From assembly GCF_009914755.1 (NCBI RefSeq), contig NC_060930.1: a stretch of DNA of 64,000 bases. One strand, given 5' to 3'. The translations under genes and the position numbers were made by a program. Positions 59,961 through 64,000 of the stretch are shown piece by piece (position 1 is the stretch's first letter; each line of letters opens with the position of its first letter). The notes under the pieces are model-generated. The model did not search any database. It saw only the letters and a list, made by a program, of their open reading frames with translations, and was not told the DNA's origin. This DNA is from the human T2T-CHM13v2.0 reference genome, Homo sapiens.

Positions 59961-60071
59961 AGACGAGGTGTTTGATCCCTACCTGTTGTTCTAATAGTAA
60001 GGCAACATATTTGCAATGACAACAGATATTTGCAAATAATGTACAAACAGGTCATAAAAAGAACTAATGAA

Positions 60072-60688
<617 letters not shown>

Positions 60689-61189
60689 GAACTAAACAGA
60701 AGATAATTTTTTGTAGGAAAGAACTGCTGTGGTCAGTGATCTTGGAGGATATGAAGATGTAGAGATAATTTCTTTTCTCTTTCTCAATCTCTCTCACTCG
60801 CTCAATCTTTCATTTGACTTTTGTCTTTCAATTGCTCCGTCTTTTTTCTCTTTTCTCATAACTTTTGTTTTTCAAAATTTTGAGAATAGGAATTATGCAG
60901 GTACTCAGTATTTATTGTTTGAAGGCACATTATAAAAGAAAAGTGGGAAAAACAAATCTGTAAGTTACTTCAGAGAGACACTTAAAATCTAATGTCAGAG
61001 GAAGGAAGAAAGCAGCAGGATAGAAAAGATGTGATAAATAAACCAGTTATAGCAATAATAATATTATATTAGAATCAGACAAACTGCATCAATAATGATA
61101 AAGAGGATAAGGACATAAGGGTAAATTCAACAATTTACCAGGAGGTTATAATAATGCTGAACCTCAGTGTGCCAAACAACAAAGCCTGA

Positions 61190-61410
61190 GAGGCAGTGCC
61201 GTGTCATATAGCCAGACTGCTTGGGCTTGAAACCTAATTCCAGCACTGACTAGCTGCAGACCTTAGGCAAGTTATTAAATCTCTCTCTGTTTCAATTTCC
61301 TCATATTGAAAATTAGGATATTAATAATGCCTACTTCTTCCAGTCGCTTGAGGATCAAATGAACTAGCACAGTGTTCACAACAGTGTCTGGCATCACAAA
61401 CACTGGTGTT
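61190..61410 (+). mobile_element. MIR SINE within sense L1ME-like relics (~60900-62120)
   Basis: agccagactgcttgggcttgaa...gaccttaggcaagttattaaatctctctctgtttcaatttcctcat. Confidence 0.8.
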
Positions 61411-63694
61411 ATTATTGTTGCTGTTGTTGATATTAGTATTATTGCCCCAAAACATATAAAGAAAAAATAGAATTCCAAGGAAAAATAGACATGTCAACAG
61501 TCTTAGTAGAAGACTTTTAACTTTATTTATCTCTCACTAAGATAAATTTAAGTTTGGAAATGTTTAAGGTAGCTGCAATAAAATGTTTGAACAGGATGTC
61601 TTAGCTTAAAGTCATTACAAAAAAGTAAATAGAACATAGTGTACATAACAAAACTACAAAATACAAAGAAAAAAGTAAATAAAAAACAACAACCGAAGAC
61701 CAAAAAATAAGATGACAGAAGTTAAATGAGACCATAAATGTCAATGACTTAATGTATTAAAATACAACATCTTAGGCCATAGTAAAATACAAAATTTAAT
61801 TTTGTGCTTACAAGAAACACTTGTAAAAGTGTGACAATAAGCTAAAAGAATTAGCAAAACATACCAAAAATGTTTTAAAAATATAGTATAGATGACATTT
61901 TTATTATGAAATTAGTATACAATGTAAAATTATCCATAAAAACATTGGGCCTTTAGGACCTAAGAAAAAATAATTATTTCAAATTGTACAAAATAATGTT
62001 TTAAAACATTTCCAAATGCACATAAATCTCTGAGAAAATATATATTCCATAAATGTATGCTGAATAACATAAATTTTATAAATATAAAAGGAAAGTAAAG
62101 TAAAACTGATGTCTGTATAAACCTACATTAGGGATTTGTTTTCTATGCTCCAGTTCCAACAGAGGATCTGGACATTGCCTCTTCCCTGCTTACTTCCTTG
62201 ATTGGCTGGACTCCCTCTACATCCCCAGCTTCTACCTGAACATGCATTGTAAATGGGAAGTCTGTGAGCAGACTGTAGACAGGCCTGCTGCTTGGGGAAC
62301 TGTAGGAAATTTGATTCACCCCAACCCACAGTAAACACTCAGGAAGATGATGGGTTCATTACGAGTTACTCACATCCAGGGGTAGGCAGGCATGTGGCGT
62401 GAAACTCCAGAATGCTGAGAGAGAGCTGGAAGGTACAAAAATCTCCCACTAAGTGGTATTACAATTTTCGGTTACAAAATCAGAATATCACTTTTTATCC
62501 CATAAATATATATTAATATATATATAATGTATGGACTATATATAGGGAATAAATATATGTATAATTTGTCTCTACATAGGGAATATGTATATATGTAATT
62601 TATCAATAAAAAATTTGTTAATCTCCTACTAATGTAAAAGGGAGTTTCTCAAAGGTCTTGATGGGCTCCTCACTTGATTAGAAGGTGGTAACTAGAAGCT
62701 GGGTGCATTCATAAGGATTTGAAAACCAAGGAAATTATCACCTCTTGCTGGGAAGGCCCCATCCCTTGCTCTGTGTAGATGTATTATACCTGCAGTCTGA
62801 GTCTGTGGGCTCATTTCCATGTACACTCTCACCTTCAGCTCTGCCGCCTTGCTGGCAGTAGCTCAGGCCACAGGTACCCTGGACAGTGGAGGGCTCAAGC
62901 AAGACCAAATCTTCTACAGGTAGATGATTCCCAACTCACAATCTCTTTTCTCAACCCCAGAGTTTTAGTTCCCATTCCCTGGTGCTGCTGGATGCTACTG
63001 CCAAGGTCTGGACAGGGGACATGGAGGGACACTGAGGGTGATGGGTGGAGATGTGGGAAAGAGATTTGTCTCCGCTCCCAGAAGAAGCAGGCAAAGGGAG
63101 GTTGGGATGTTTTGACTTTGAGGTGTCAGTGGTCCCAGGTTCAGCCCACTCTTTGTCCTCTCCATTTCTTCTTGATGCCCTGAATGTTCTACCTGTCATC
63201 CAGGCTCCAGTGAACAAGCCAGGAATCATGCTTGACCTCTCACTCTCCTGTTTGCCCCAAAGAAGGCATATGCCTCCCAGGAACGTATGAACATGCACTT
63301 CTGTAGCTTTCTTCTTAGAACCTTGGGCACCAATCTTTTTCAGCTGTTTTTATTTCTTTCATTTTATTTTTACGTGGATCTTTTCAGCAAACATTCTAGA
63401 GGCTTCTTGAATCCTATTCAATATCATACTTGAGCCAAATGGTAACGAATTAACAAAAAGGTAGCAAATTATTAATATGCTGTCAATGTGCATTGTATGT
63501 GGATGGGAGATTTAACTGTTAAGGTCTAAAGGTCCATGATTTTAACCTCATTGCTCATTGATTCAGGACATGATGACATACTTCAGGTCATTAGGGGGAT
63601 GGGTTAAGGAAGTCTTCCTGAAGTTCTAAAGAGCGTGCCCCTCTGGAGTGGGTGACAGCTGCATAGCTTGTCTGCCGTGCTCTGCCCGAATGCT

Positions 63695-63730
63695 GTTTTC
63701 ACATGGCGTCTCTTCTTTCTTTACTTTCAG
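63695..63730 (+). promoter_or_regulatory. 3' splice site (candidate branch point ttttcAc, polypyrimidine tract, CAG)
   Basis: gttttcacatggcgtctcttctttctttactttcag directly before the exon. Confidence 0.9.
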
Positions 63731-63902
63731 GTAGAAATTGAGAAGCTGGATTACCATCATTATCTGCCTCTGTTTTTTGATGGGCTTTGTGAAATGACAT
63801 TTCCCTATGAGTTTTTTGCTCGGCAAGGAATCCACGACATGCTGGAACACGGTGGGAACAAGATCCTACCTGTCCTTCCACAGCTCATTATCCCGATAAA
63901 AA
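63731..63902 (+). CDS. PACRG: Internal coding exon of Parkin co-regulated gene protein (axonemal inner-junction protein), probably exon 3; phase 0 start, phase 1 end
   Basis: Translation [57 protein letters not shown] matches PACRG as I recall it. Acceptor ctcttctttctttactttcag ends at 63730; donor A|GTAAGT at 63903; length 172 nt. Confidence 0.96.
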
Positions 63903-63908
63903 GTAAGT
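63903..63908 (+). promoter_or_regulatory. 5' splice donor GTAAGT
   Basis: Perfect intronic consensus immediately after the last recognisable PACRG codon. Confidence 0.93.
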
Positions 63909-64000
63909 GAACCGGTGAAAAAGCATCACTCAGTTTATACGGTGTTGCTTTTTGACAACTTGCTAATTAAGCAATAAACCATGACAGACTGAGGTGATCC

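Noticed and set aside
63668-63730. N-terminal extension [21 protein letters not shown] of the 80-aa ORF
   Set aside because: Read-through of the intron's polypyrimidine tract from a TTG; not part of PACRG.

Overview
Primate (most likely human) genomic DNA, almost entirely one long intron. The only supportable coding sequence is a 172-bp internal exon at 63731-63902 (+) encoding [57 protein letters not shown], which I recognise as PACRG (Parkin co-regulated gene; probably coding exon 3). The preceding ~63.7 kb is therefore the 3' part of the upstream PACRG intron. It is packed with transposable elements: old and primate L1s (mostly antisense, two with twin-priming inversions), L2/MIR relics, DNA transposons (Tigger3, MER33, MER63A, Charlie/MER102-like), a two-LTR MER41A provirus, a complete THE1D element, solo LTRs and about 12 Alus, including two Alu-in-Alu nests and one very young AluY. 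The other listed ORFs appear to be repeat-derived or chance frames. I see no evidence for a novel protein-coding system. The most unusual signals are (i) several locally templated or inverted insertion scars, including an exact 51-bp inverted copy 1.5 kb from its source inside a TA-rich hairpin-forming expansion, (ii) sense-strand polypyrimidine-CAG|GTGAG recursive-splice-like sites, (iii) a 38-bp near-perfect palindrome with AAAGGTCA motifs, and (iv) a probable chimeric Alu. Repeat subfamily names come from memory of consensus sequences and need RepeatMasker/Dfam confirmation. Boundaries of old repeats are approximate.
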